Part shown: piece by piece, positions 28,310-37,878 of the stretch
Numbering within the stretch: the first letter of the stretch is position 1
How the letters are laid out: each line of letters starts with the position of its first letter
Source of the DNA: Chitinophagales bacterium
GTDB lineage: Bacteria > Bacteroidota > Bacteroidia > Chitinophagales > CAIOSU01
Direction: 5' to 3'
Length of the DNA stretch: 64,000 nucleotides
Assembly (NCBI GenBank): GCA_040877935.1
Contig: JBBDNB010000045.1
Coordinates: 4,536-68,535, forward strand
Made by a program: the position numbers and the translations under genes
Notes under the pieces: model-generated
What the model saw: only the letters and a program-made list of their open reading frames with translations
The model's database searches: none
Told to the model about the DNA's origin: nothing

Positions 28310-30106
28310 ATGCGTTTTATTCTCCCCTTTTTTCTTTTAATACAGTTTTCTCTTGCTTTTGCCCAGGATGATGAAGAGCAGAAAGTAAAGCACTATATTC
28401 TACAACTGAATATTCCCGAAAGTGCAGAAGATATTGGCAAATTAAAATTCAAAGAAAAGCTTTCCGATCCGCTACAAGCCAATCAGGAACTAGAGAAAAT
28501 ATTGATAGAGTTGCGCGGAAAGGGTTTTGCCGGAGCCTCAATAGACTCTGTAGTAAAGGAAGGAAACGAGTTGACCGCTTATTTGTATATCGGTCAAAAA
28601 TTTGAATGGCTGCTTTTGAGGCCTGGCAATCTGGATGAGCAGGTATTAAGTCAGGTTTCCTACAAGGAAAAATTTTACAGGGAAAAACCATTTCGTTATG
28701 ATCAGTTGGAGCGGCTGCTCAGGCAGGTTTTGGCATATTATGAAAACAACGGATACCCCTTTGCACAGTTGCGTCTTGATAGTTTAGCTATGCAGGACAA
28801 CAATGTTGAAGCAAGTTTACAGGTAAATAAAAAAGATTTGATATATTTTGACACTTTGACAATAAAGGGGGAAGATGTCAAAATTGAAAAAGGTTATTTG
28901 TACAACTACCTTGGCATAAAACCAGGAGAGCCCTATGATGAATCTGCTATAAGAAAAATTTCAAAGCGGATCAGAGACCTGACTTTTTTGGAAGAGACTG
29001 AAAGCCCAGAGGTTTTATTTGTAGGAGAAAAAGCGAGAATAATCTTGCATTTGCGCAATAGAAAAGCCAGTCAATTCGATTTTCTGGTTGGTTTCTTACC
29101 GAATAATGAAGTTACCGGACGCTTATTGATTACCGGAGAAGCCAATATTTACCTGGAAAATCCATTTGGCACAGGCAAAGTAATCCGCCTCAACTGGCAG
29201 AAGCTTCAGGATGCTACTCAGAATTTAGAAGTGGGTTTTGAATATCCTTATGTTTTGGGTTTGCCGCTGGGGACTAATTTTGAAATGGAGCTCTACAAAA
29301 GAGATACACAATATATAGATATTCAATACACGCTGGGAGTTCGCTATTTGTTGGATGGTCGGAATTATTTTGAAGGATTTTATAATGGGCAAATTACAAA
29401 CCTCATAAAAGTTGACACTAATTTAATTAAGAGCAATCGCAGTTTGCCACCCAATGTAGATGTGCGCAATTCATTTTATGGAGCAAAATATCATTTTGAA
29501 AATTTAAATTACCGGATTAACCCAACAAGTGGATGGGTATTCGAACTAAGTGGAGCAGCCGGTACCAAGCGCGTAAAGAAAAATCTTACTATAGCACAAA
29601 TTTCAGATCCCGAAAATCCGGGAGAAACATTAGAGCATTTATATGATAGCTTGAGTGACAACAGGCTGCAACTCAAAGCGCATTATATACTTGAGAAATA
29701 CTGGCCTATCGGGGGCAGATCAACTGTGAAAACGGCTGTCCGCGGAGCCGCAATTTATGGAGAAAACCTTTTCATCAGTGAATTATTTAGAATTGGCGGT
29801 ACAAAGATTTTAAGAGGGTTTGATGAAGAAGATTTATTTACTTCTCTATACAATGTGCTCACATTAGAATATCGGTTTTTACTTTCCGTAAATTCGTACT
29901 TCAGTTTGTTTTTTGATGGAGCGTATGTGGAACAGAGACTCAAAGATTCCTTTACCAGTGATTTTCCATTTGGGTTTGGAGCTGGTTTGAGTTTTGAAAC
30001 AGGTGTGGGCTTGTTTAATGTGAGTTATGCACTTGGAAGGCAGCAGCAAAATAAAATAGATTTCAGATCGGCAAAAATACACTTTGGTTACATCAATTAT
30101 TTTTAG
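28310..30106 (+). CDS. Omp85 (BamA/TamA-family) outer membrane protein
   Basis: Signal peptide from ATG 28310, POTRA-like GYPFA, FRIGG...LRGF, C-terminal Phe. Confidence 0.85.
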   Translation: MRFILPFFLLIQFSLAFAQDDEEQKVKHYILQLNIPESAEDIGKLKFKEKLSDPLQANQELEKILIELRGKGFAGASIDSVVKEGNELTAYLYIGQKFEWLLLRPGNLDEQVLSQVSYKEKFYREKPFRYDQLERLLRQVLAYYENNGYPFAQLRLDSLAMQDNNVEASLQVNKKDLIYFDTLTIKGEDVKIEKGYLYNYLGIKPGEPYDESAIRKISKRIRDLTFLEETESPEVLFVGEKARIILHLRNRKASQFDFLVGFLPNNEVTGRLLITGEANIYLENPFGTGKVIRLNWQKLQDATQNLEVGFEYPYVLGLPLGTNFEMELYKRDTQYIDIQYTLGVRYLLDGRNYFEGFYNGQITNLIKVDTNLIKSNRSLPPNVDVRNSFYGAKYHFENLNYRINPTSGWVFELSGAAGTKRVKKNLTIAQISDPENPGETLEHLYDSLSDNRLQLKAHYILEKYWPIGGRSTVKTAVRGAAIYGENLFISELFRIGGTKILRGFDEEDLFTSLYNVLTLEYRFLLSVNSYFSLFFDGAYVEQRLKDSFTSDFPFGFGAGLSFETGVGLFNVSYALGRQQQNKIDFRSAKIHFGYINYF

Positions 30107-30951
30107 TGCTTTTAAAAAAAAATAAAATACTGCTATTGATGCTGTGTGCTGCTTTCTCCTTAGTAGCACAGGGTTCGACTATTGCTGAACTAAATCCAGA
30201 TTCAACTTCTGTAGCTATAATTGATTCTTGTGCATTTGAAGATTCTTTGTTTCCACAACAAGCACTTGAAGAAAGCGAAGTGGAAATAATTAAAAAACAG
30301 GAAGACAGAAGAAAGTCCTGGTTTTTTTACATCATTTTATTTCAATTACTGCTTTTGGCATTGGTTAAAACTTTTTTTTCAAAAAATATTGAAACTGCTT
30401 TTAAATCATTTTCAAATCTTAATCTTGCAGCTTATCAGTATAGAGAAGAGAGAGGAGAGGGTTCGCTTTTTAAAATTCTGCTCAATATAAATTTTATATT
30501 ATCACTTGGACTTTTGAGCATCAATGCAATGGATTATTATAATTATGAGCCGCTTCTAAACCATTTCGCGCTATTCTGTCTTATTGTGCTTTTTATCAGT
30601 TTACTATACTTGCTTAAATATTTGCAATATCTGCTTACAGCTCTTGTTTTCCCAGTTGAACAAATAGCTCAGTTTTTTCAATTTGTGTTTTTTGGAATTA
30701 TGAGAATGCTCGGTGTAGTGTTTATACCCCTCAACTTATTGCTTTATTACAGTAGTCAAGATATTCCCACAGTGCTTTTTTTCTCTGTTTTAACAATATT
30801 TATACTGTTCTTCCTTTTTCTGATAATGAGAGGTATTAACATAAGTCAGCGACAAATCATTGAAAACAAAGTACATTTTTTTCTGTATATTTGCACCCTT
30901 GAAATTGTACCGGTATTGTTGCTGGTGAAGTTTATGAATGCGTTTTTCTAA
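30106..30951 (+). CDS. DUF4271-family membrane protein
   Basis: Multi-TM protein ending HFFLYICTLEIVP; upstream of hemD. Confidence 0.85.
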   Translation: MLLKKNKILLLMLCAAFSLVAQGSTIAELNPDSTSVAIIDSCAFEDSLFPQQALEESEVEIIKKQEDRRKSWFFYIILFQLLLLALVKTFFSKNIETAFKSFSNLNLAAYQYREERGEGSLFKILLNINFILSLGLLSINAMDYYNYEPLLNHFALFCLIVLFISLLYLLKYLQYLLTALVFPVEQIAQFFQFVFFGIMRMLGVVFIPLNLLLYYSSQDIPTVLFFSVLTIFILFFLFLIMRGINISQRQIIENKVHFFLYICTLEIVPVLLLVKFMNAFF

Positions 30952-30981
30952 GTAAGCAAAAATTGAGAAGTTTCATACCGT

Positions 30982-31743
30982 ATGTCAAAGTCAAAAGGTA
31001 AAATAAAGTCGATGCTCATCTCACAACCTGAGCCTGAGAATGGGAAATCGCCCTACTACGATATTGCTAAGAAGTACAATATCAAGGTGGATTTTCGGAA
31101 ATTTATACAGGTAGAAGGAGTATCTACAAAAGAATTCAGGAAATCGAGAATTGTATTGAATGATTATTCTGCAGTGATTTTCACAAGTAGAAACTCTATG
31201 GATTATTTCTTTTCTATTTGTGAAAGCATGCGCGTAAAAATGTCGCAGGAGACAAAATATTTTTGTAAATCAGAAGCAATCGCACTCTACCTTCAGAAGT
31301 ATATTCAATACCGCAAACGCAAGGTGTTTTTTGGAAGTGGTAGAGAAGAAGACCTCAGGGAAATATTGATGAAGCACAAGGAAAATGAAAAGTTTCTTTT
31401 ACCTTGTTCCAATGTGTCAAACAGTGCCTTGCCAGATTTTCTTGAAGAAAAAGGCTTTGATTTTAAGCCGGCAGTTATGTATAAAACGGTAAGCAGTGAT
31501 TTATCTGATCTGGAAAATATTTTTTATGATATAATTTTGTTTTTCAGCCCACACGGTTTGAAATCATTGTTTGAAAATTTCCCTGATTTCAAACAAAACA
31601 ACACAAAGCTCGGTGCATTTGGCGATACTACTGCTCAAGCTATGGAAGATTATGGGCTTAGCGTAAACATAAAAGCACCGGCTCCTGGAGTGCCCTCTAT
31701 GACTATGGCAGTTCAAAAGTACTTGGATAAGTACAACAAATAG
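30982..31743 (+). CDS. hemD: Uroporphyrinogen-III synthase-like protein
   Basis: LISQPEP, IFTSR, MYKTV, LFFSPHG. Confidence 0.85.
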   Translation: MSKSKGKIKSMLISQPEPENGKSPYYDIAKKYNIKVDFRKFIQVEGVSTKEFRKSRIVLNDYSAVIFTSRNSMDYFFSICESMRVKMSQETKYFCKSEAIALYLQKYIQYRKRKVFFGSGREEDLREILMKHKENEKFLLPCSNVSNSALPDFLEEKGFDFKPAVMYKTVSSDLSDLENIFYDIILFFSPHGLKSLFENFPDFKQNNTKLGAFGDTTAQAMEDYGLSVNIKAPAPGVPSMTMAVQKYLDKYNK

Positions 31744-31826
31744 TAATCAGCATTTTGCAGAGTAAAATTCTTTGAATAATAAAATAAACTATCGACTCTT
31801 TCAGTTTTGAAGCTGATTTGGAATAA

Positions 31827-32084
31827 TAACCTGAGTTCGGAAATTATTTATTGCTCAGAATACCTGAAAACAGTGGGATTCGACTGGAAATACTGATGGA
31901 ATAGCGGGCTATTTTGAGGTATTTCCGGGAAGAAGATTGCTGTTTTCTGGTATTTGAAATCCATAAAACACAATTTGCTGCGTTGCATTTGCTCGGTTTA
32001 TCCCGATAGACCTTCTCAAATGCGCCTTGCCTATTGCATTTTAGTGAATTTCTGAGCTCTTAAATAATTATTGAGCTCAGGTTA
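31827..32084 (+). ncRNA. Candidate ~260-nt structured RNA (closing stem plus two long hairpins)
   Basis: Long-range inverted arms 31827-31860/32050-32084 with nested hairpins; mismatches are mostly G-U on the + strand. Confidence 0.55.
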
Positions 32085-32212
32085 ATACCGATATCAAGAA
32101 ACTTTTATTATCACAGTTGAGTAATGTTAAGTGTCTGAACCATAATTCAACCAAATGTTTTTGTTTGGGTTAGCCTTAGACTTTCAGTATATTTATGCTC
32201 AAGAACTAAACA

Positions 32213-33184
32213 ATGTCACGTTTCACGTTTGCTTTATTAATACTCTCTACTTGTTTCTACCAGGGGTTTGGACAGAATTTTCCTCATTTCAGCCAATTTC
32301 CCTTTCAGGGCATGCTTTATAATCCGGCTGTTACAGGCTCAAATGATGCGATAGAAATAGATGCGCTATACAGAAGCCAATGGTCAGGCATTCAAGGCCA
32401 GCCAAAAACGCTTGCTATAGCTGCACAATCGCCAATAAATCGACTTCAGTCTAACTTAGGGTTGTTCTTTATGCACGATAGGTTGGGGGCTGAAAAAAAT
32501 AATTACATTCAATTTGCTTATGCATGGAGAACACCTCTCAAATTCGCAAACTTAGCCTTTGGATTAAGTGGAGGAATTGTTCAAAAACAAATTGACGGAA
32601 GAGAATTGAGAGCGCCTGAAGGAGAATATCGCGAAATTTTCACGCACAATGATGATTATATTCCCGAAAACTTTGTCAGCTCAATAAGTGGGGATATGAA
32701 TGTTGGGGTTTATTTGAATAATGAAAAATGGTATGCCGGAGTAGCTGTAAATAATTTATTGGGGAGTGCCCATAGTTTTACTGACAGAGGGCATGATATT
32801 AACATTCGATCCAGTCGATACTTAGCTGTACATGGAGGGTATTTAATAAAAATCTCAAAAAACTTTGACTTACAACCAAATGTTTTAGTACTTTCGGATT
32901 TCAATAATTATCAGGGGTTGTATAACCTTACAGTTTATTTTAAACAAAAGCTTTGGCTTGGAATGGCATTTAGAGGTACCAGTGTAAATACTAAAGAGTC
33001 AATTATTCCGTTTTTAGGTTTCAAAGTTGCAAAACAATTAAAATTAGGATACAGTTATGATGCGGGAATCTCTGAAATTAGAAATGTAAATGGCGGTTCT
33101 CACGAAATTTTTGTGAAATATTTGATCGATATTCGTAAATTTATGCAGTCAGGGAAGATTATTTACAATCCAAGGTTTATGTAA
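32213..33184 (+). CDS. porP: PorP/SprF-family T9SS outer membrane protein
   Basis: HFSQF...YNPAVTG...YRSQWSG...LGYSYD...GSHEI. Confidence 0.9.
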   Translation: MSRFTFALLILSTCFYQGFGQNFPHFSQFPFQGMLYNPAVTGSNDAIEIDALYRSQWSGIQGQPKTLAIAAQSPINRLQSNLGLFFMHDRLGAEKNNYIQFAYAWRTPLKFANLAFGLSGGIVQKQIDGRELRAPEGEYREIFTHNDDYIPENFVSSISGDMNVGVYLNNEKWYAGVAVNNLLGSAHSFTDRGHDINIRSSRYLAVHGGYLIKISKNFDLQPNVLVLSDFNNYQGLYNLTVYFKQKLWLGMAFRGTSVNTKESIIPFLGFKVAKQLKLGYSYDAGISEIRNVNGGSHEIFVKYLIDIRKFMQSGKIIYNPRFM

Positions 33185-33308
33185 TGGTCTTTACTCTATA
33201 ATTAAAAGATGAATTTTCAACTTGTATCAATCAATTTTTCATTTTTATTGAAATAATTCTATTTTTACGGGCTTTAGACAAAAAGCGTGTTGTAAAACAT
33301 TAACAATT

Positions 33309-34571
33309 ATGAAAAGCACAGTTCTCAGTTTTGGGTTATTTTTAGTGTTATTAGTTAGCGGCTGTGGTGCCGGTTTCAATGGCCAACTAATTGGAGTACA
33401 AGATCGTCCGGGTTGGAATAATGTTATACCTTATGGTATGGTTTATGTTCCCTCTGGTAATTTGCATATTGGTCAAAGTGGTCAGGATGTAAATTATTCT
33501 ATGGTTCAAAGAACCAAATCTATCTCCATTCAAGGATTTTTTATGGATGATACAGAAGTCACTAATAATGAATACAGACAATTTGTTCATTGGGTTCGTG
33601 ACTCAATTACCGCTTTTACTATGGGCGGTGACTTCATAGAAAATGAAGGAGAAGAAGGTGAAAAAGTGAATTGGGAATTCATGAGTGATTTCAACTACAA
33701 TGATGAAGAGTACAAAGAATCTCTTGAGGGGCTTTACTATCCTGAAAATGAACAAATGTGGGGCAAACACGAAATGGATGTAAGTAAATTTGTGTTTGAT
33801 TACTACTGGTTAGATATTAAAGAAGCTGCGCGTGTTTCAAACAGAGGTAAGCCCAGATCAGAATTTTTTAAGTCAGGTACTACACCTGTTTATCCCGATA
33901 CATTAGTATGGGTAAGAGATTTTTCCTACTCTTACAATGAACCAATGACAAGAAATTATTTCTGGCACCCTGCCTTTGACGACTATCCTGTAGTTGGAGT
34001 TACATGGGATCAAGCCAATGCATTTTCAGCATGGAGAACAAAGTTTTGGGGAGACTACAGGGCAGCCAGAGGTGAGGTCATTAATGACCCGTTTAGGTTA
34101 CCGACTGAACATGAGTGGGAATACGCAGCTCGTGGAGGAAAAGCCAATGCTCCTTATCCATGGGGAGGCCCTTATCTTAGGAATTCTAAAGGTTGTTTAT
34201 TGGCCAACTTTAAACCAGGTAGGGGAAATTATCCTGAAGATGGCGGTTTTTATACTGTTAGAGCTGATGCTTATTGGCCTAATGATTATGGCCTGTTTAA
34301 TATGTCTGGAAATGTTTCAGAATGGACGTCTACAGCTTTCTTTGAAAATGCATACTCCTTTGCTCATGATATGAATCCGGATGTGAGATATGATGCAGCA
34401 GAAGATGATGAAATCACTATGAAGCGCAAAGTTGTTCGCGGAGGCTCATGGAAAGACATAGGCTATTTCTTGCAAACAAGCACAAGAAATTTTGAATATC
34501 AGGATTCTGCCAAGTCATATGTGGGATTCAGAAATGTGCTCACATTCCTCGGAAGGTCTATCAATGATTAA
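33309..34571 (+). CDS. gldK: Gliding motility/T9SS lipoprotein GldK
   Basis: Lipobox LVSGC, FGE-like fold, EVTNNEYRQFVHWVRDS, YFWHPAFDDYPVVGV. Confidence 0.95.
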   Translation: MKSTVLSFGLFLVLLVSGCGAGFNGQLIGVQDRPGWNNVIPYGMVYVPSGNLHIGQSGQDVNYSMVQRTKSISIQGFFMDDTEVTNNEYRQFVHWVRDSITAFTMGGDFIENEGEEGEKVNWEFMSDFNYNDEEYKESLEGLYYPENEQMWGKHEMDVSKFVFDYYWLDIKEAARVSNRGKPRSEFFKSGTTPVYPDTLVWVRDFSYSYNEPMTRNYFWHPAFDDYPVVGVTWDQANAFSAWRTKFWGDYRAARGEVINDPFRLPTEHEWEYAARGGKANAPYPWGGPYLRNSKGCLLANFKPGRGNYPEDGGFYTVRADAYWPNDYGLFNMSGNVSEWTSTAFFENAYSFAHDMNPDVRYDAAEDDEITMKRKVVRGGSWKDIGYFLQTSTRNFEYQDSAKSYVGFRNVLTFLGRSIND

Positions 34572-34628
34572 TATTATTTTAAGTAACCGAAAATATTTTT
34601 TTTAATCACCACAAAAGTTTAGCAAATT

Positions 34629-35357
34629 ATGAAAGGATTAGTCGTTTTTTTTGAATCTCCAAAAGGCCAACAAATCAAAAATCTTATTATTGGTTTAGGA
34701 GCTTCAGTTGTAATTATGGGGGCTTTGTTCAAACTTATGTCCTGGCCAGGAGCAGGACTTATGCTCATTGTAGGCTTGGGAACAGAGGCTTTTATCTTTG
34801 CCTTACTTGGAATTCTTCCCCCACATCCCGATTTGTACTGGGAAAAATTCTATCCAGGAGTTACAACCCCACCTCATTTAGATGAAATGCACAATGAAGG
34901 AAAACCTATTAATAAACCTTCTGTTACCGATCAATTGAATGATATGTTGGAGAAAGCCAATGTAGAAACACGTTTGATAGAAAGATTGGGTAATAATCTG
35001 GGTAAGTTGGGTGATACAGCTGAAAAAATCTCTGAATTGGGAGATGTTGCCGCTTCTACTTCAGATTACGCAGCAAAAACTAAAGAAGCTTCAGAAGCTT
35101 TGGTTGAAATGAAAAATGCTTATGCCACTGCCACTGCAAATGTTACTGCATTGGGACAAACTACTGAGGATTTCAAAGCATATCAGGAGCAGATCGAATC
35201 TGTAGCTAAGAACTTAGCTTCTCTTAACTCTATTTATGAAGTAGAACTTTCAGATACTACCTCAAATTTAAAAGCACTGAACCAAAACCTAAGCAGCTTG
35301 AATGGAGTGTATGGAAATATGCTTTCAGCTATGGGTGGTAGTCGTGCCAACTCTTAA
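34629..35357 (+). CDS. gldL: GldL motor subunit
   Basis: GASVVIMGALFKL, GLGTEA, YGNMLSAM. Confidence 0.95.
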   Translation: MKGLVVFFESPKGQQIKNLIIGLGASVVIMGALFKLMSWPGAGLMLIVGLGTEAFIFALLGILPPHPDLYWEKFYPGVTTPPHLDEMHNEGKPINKPSVTDQLNDMLEKANVETRLIERLGNNLGKLGDTAEKISELGDVAASTSDYAAKTKEASEALVEMKNAYATATANVTALGQTTEDFKAYQEQIESVAKNLASLNSIYEVELSDTTSNLKALNQNLSSLNGVYGNMLSAMGGSRANS

Positions 35358-35406
35358 GTTGAGCTTAGAATTTTATTTTAATTAACATTAAAAATCAGAG
35401 AAGCTA

Positions 35407-37038
35407 ATGTCAATTCCTAAGGAACCGAGACAGTTAATGATCAATATGATGTATATCGTATTGGTCGCACTACTGGCACTAAATGTTTCTGCCGAAGTAC
35501 TGAATGCCTTTCAGTTGGTCAGTAACGGTATGAAAACCAGTAATACTGCTTTAGACAATAAAAATGCGGCAACAATGCGCGCCCTTGATGCCGCTTATAA
35601 AAATGACCCTAAAAAGGTTAAAGCGTATTTAGAAGATGCCCAAAAAGTACAGGCCAGTGTAGATGAGTTTGTTTCTGAAATCTCTGCTTTAAAAGCGCAA
35701 TTGGTGAAAGAAACAGGAGGCTGGGTAGATGGAGAAGTAGATGGTAAGTTGAAAAACGATAAAGACTACGATACACCAACCAGAATCTTGATCGATAAGA
35801 AAAAGGGTAAGGAACTGCACGATAAAATTCTTGCATTGAAAGAAACAGTCCTAAATGTACCTTCTCTTACAGAGGAAGAAAGAGAGAATTTGGCAAATCA
35901 AATTACACTTAGTGTAGATTATGATAAAGATGCTGCCAAAAGGCTGGGTAAAAAATCATGGCAGGAATATTTGTTTGACCACGTACCAACTGTAGCAGTT
36001 TATACGCTGTTAACTAAGATTCAGGGTGATGCTAAAAGTTCAGAATCGATGGTCTTGGAAAAATTGCTTGGAAAAATTGGCGCGGAAGACTACAAGTTTG
36101 ATGCACTTTCAGCAAAAGTAATCGCACCATCCTCTTATGTGCTTCAAGGTGAAGAATATCAGGCAGATATTTTTGTTTCAGCTTTTTCCAGTACACAAGA
36201 TCCAGAAGTTTTTATTGGTGAATTTGATCCAGCTAAAGTCACATGGGAAAAAGGTGATCCTTTACCAACTAAAGTACCGGACAATCCATTGAAGCCTGGT
36301 TTTGAAACCGTTGAGGTTAGTGGTGGAATAGCGGATTTTAGAGTTCCAGCAAGCTCAGTTGGGGTTAAGAAAAAAGAAGGTGTGATTAGAGTGAAACAAC
36401 CTCAGGGCGATGGATATGATTGGTTCCCTTTCAAATTAGAATATCAGGTTGCTCCACCAAGCGTTGTAGTTTCACCTACTAAAATGAACGTGTTTTATAT
36501 TGGAGTTGACAACCCTGTAGATATTTCTGTAGCAGGATTTCCCGCTGATAGAGTTAGAGCTTCGCTTACTGAAGGTGGCTCAATTACAGGGTCAGGTGGA
36601 AATTATATCGCAAAAGTCAAAAAAGTTGGCAATACAAAGGTTAGTGTATCCGTTGTATTGGACGATGGTTCTGTTAAGAATATGGGAGCCCAAGAGTTTA
36701 GAATGAAAAGAGTGCCTGACCCGATTGCCGTTATTGGCGGAATGACAGGCGGAAATGTAAAGGCTTCTACTTTTAAAGTACAGCGTGGTGTTATAGCTGA
36801 ATTAAAGAATTTCGATTTTGACATTCGTTTTCATATAGTTGGTTTTGAAATGACTTATGCAGCAAAAAGACAAGATTTGGTAACAGCAGATGCTTCAGGT
36901 CCTTCTTTTACACCAAAAATGTTAGACTTTTTAAATAGAGCCAAACCCGGTGATGTCTTTTACTTTGATGATATTAAAGCTAAAGGCCCTGATGGAATCA
37001 CCAGAAAGCTTCCGGGTATTGTGTTTAAATTGATATAA
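35407..37038 (+). CDS. gldM: GldM motor subunit
   Basis: PRQLMINMMYIVLVALLALNVSAEVL, KMNVFYIGVDNP. Confidence 0.95.
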   Translation: MSIPKEPRQLMINMMYIVLVALLALNVSAEVLNAFQLVSNGMKTSNTALDNKNAATMRALDAAYKNDPKKVKAYLEDAQKVQASVDEFVSEISALKAQLVKETGGWVDGEVDGKLKNDKDYDTPTRILIDKKKGKELHDKILALKETVLNVPSLTEEERENLANQITLSVDYDKDAAKRLGKKSWQEYLFDHVPTVAVYTLLTKIQGDAKSSESMVLEKLLGKIGAEDYKFDALSAKVIAPSSYVLQGEEYQADIFVSAFSSTQDPEVFIGEFDPAKVTWEKGDPLPTKVPDNPLKPGFETVEVSGGIADFRVPASSVGVKKKEGVIRVKQPQGDGYDWFPFKLEYQVAPPSVVVSPTKMNVFYIGVDNPVDISVAGFPADRVRASLTEGGSITGSGGNYIAKVKKVGNTKVSVSVVLDDGSVKNMGAQEFRMKRVPDPIAVIGGMTGGNVKASTFKVQRGVIAELKNFDFDIRFHIVGFEMTYAAKRQDLVTADASGPSFTPKMLDFLNRAKPGDVFYFDDIKAKGPDGITRKLPGIVFKLI

Positions 37039-37050
37039 AATATAATTAGT

Positions 37051-37878
37051 ATGAAGTATTTAAATTTTCTATTAGCAGTTTTATTTACCCTTAGTGGTTA
37101 TGCTGCTTTAGCACAAACAGTCGAAGAACCCCCTAGGGATGGTGCTTATGATAAAGTGACTGTAGAGCAAAGGGATATCCTTCAGTATGATCATATTCGT
37201 GAAGCAGATGTGTTTTGGTCTAAACGCGTGTGGAGAGTAATTGATACCCGTGAAAAGATGAATCATAAATTCAGGTATCCCAAACAATTTTTAGTTAATA
37301 TCCTGAGAGATCATGCTATTGAAGGTGCAATTACTGTCTATGATCAATTGGATGACGAATTTCAAACTCCAGTACCTCCATCAGAAGTTGCTGCTTTGGG
37401 AGTTGGGTCTTCCGATACCATTAGGGTAATGGATCCGGTCACTTTTGAGGAGAAGATTGAAATTACCAATCCTGAATTTGATCCGCAAAAAATCAAAAAA
37501 TTCAGATTGAAAGAAGATTGGATATTTGACGAGGAATCTTCTACAATGGTAGTTCGCATTATCGGTCTTGCTCCTATTATTGAGGTAATTGATGAAAATG
37601 GCAATTATCGTGGAGACCAAGTCCTTTTTTGGTGCTATTATCCTGAATTAAGACCAATATTGGCTCAATACCGGGTATTTAACCGGCACAATGATGCGAC
37701 TACAGTTTCCTGGGAGGATCTTTTTGAAATGCGATTTTTTAGTAGTTATATAATTAAAGAATCTAATGTTCAGGATAGGAGAATTCAGGATTACACTGCA
37801 GGAGTTGATGCACTTTTAGAAGCTGATAAAATTAAGTACGAAATCTTTAATTTTGAACATGACCTATGGTCTTACTAA
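37051..37878 (+). CDS. gldN: GldN
   Basis: READVFWSKRVWRVIDTREKMN, FEHDLWSY; stop overlaps the uvrC stop. Confidence 0.95.
   Translation: MKYLNFLLAVLFTLSGYAALAQTVEEPPRDGAYDKVTVEQRDILQYDHIREADVFWSKRVWRVIDTREKMNHKFRYPKQFLVNILRDHAIEGAITVYDQLDDEFQTPVPPSEVAALGVGSSDTIRVMDPVTFEEKIEITNPEFDPQKIKKFRLKEDWIFDEESSTMVVRIIGLAPIIEVIDENGNYRGDQVLFWCYYPELRPILAQYRVFNRHNDATTVSWEDLFEMRFFSSYIIKESNVQDRRIQDYTAGVDALLEADKIKYEIFNFEHDLWSY

Noticed and set aside
33309..34571. Formylglycine-generating enzyme call
   Set aside because: The lipobox and gldLMN context identify GldK
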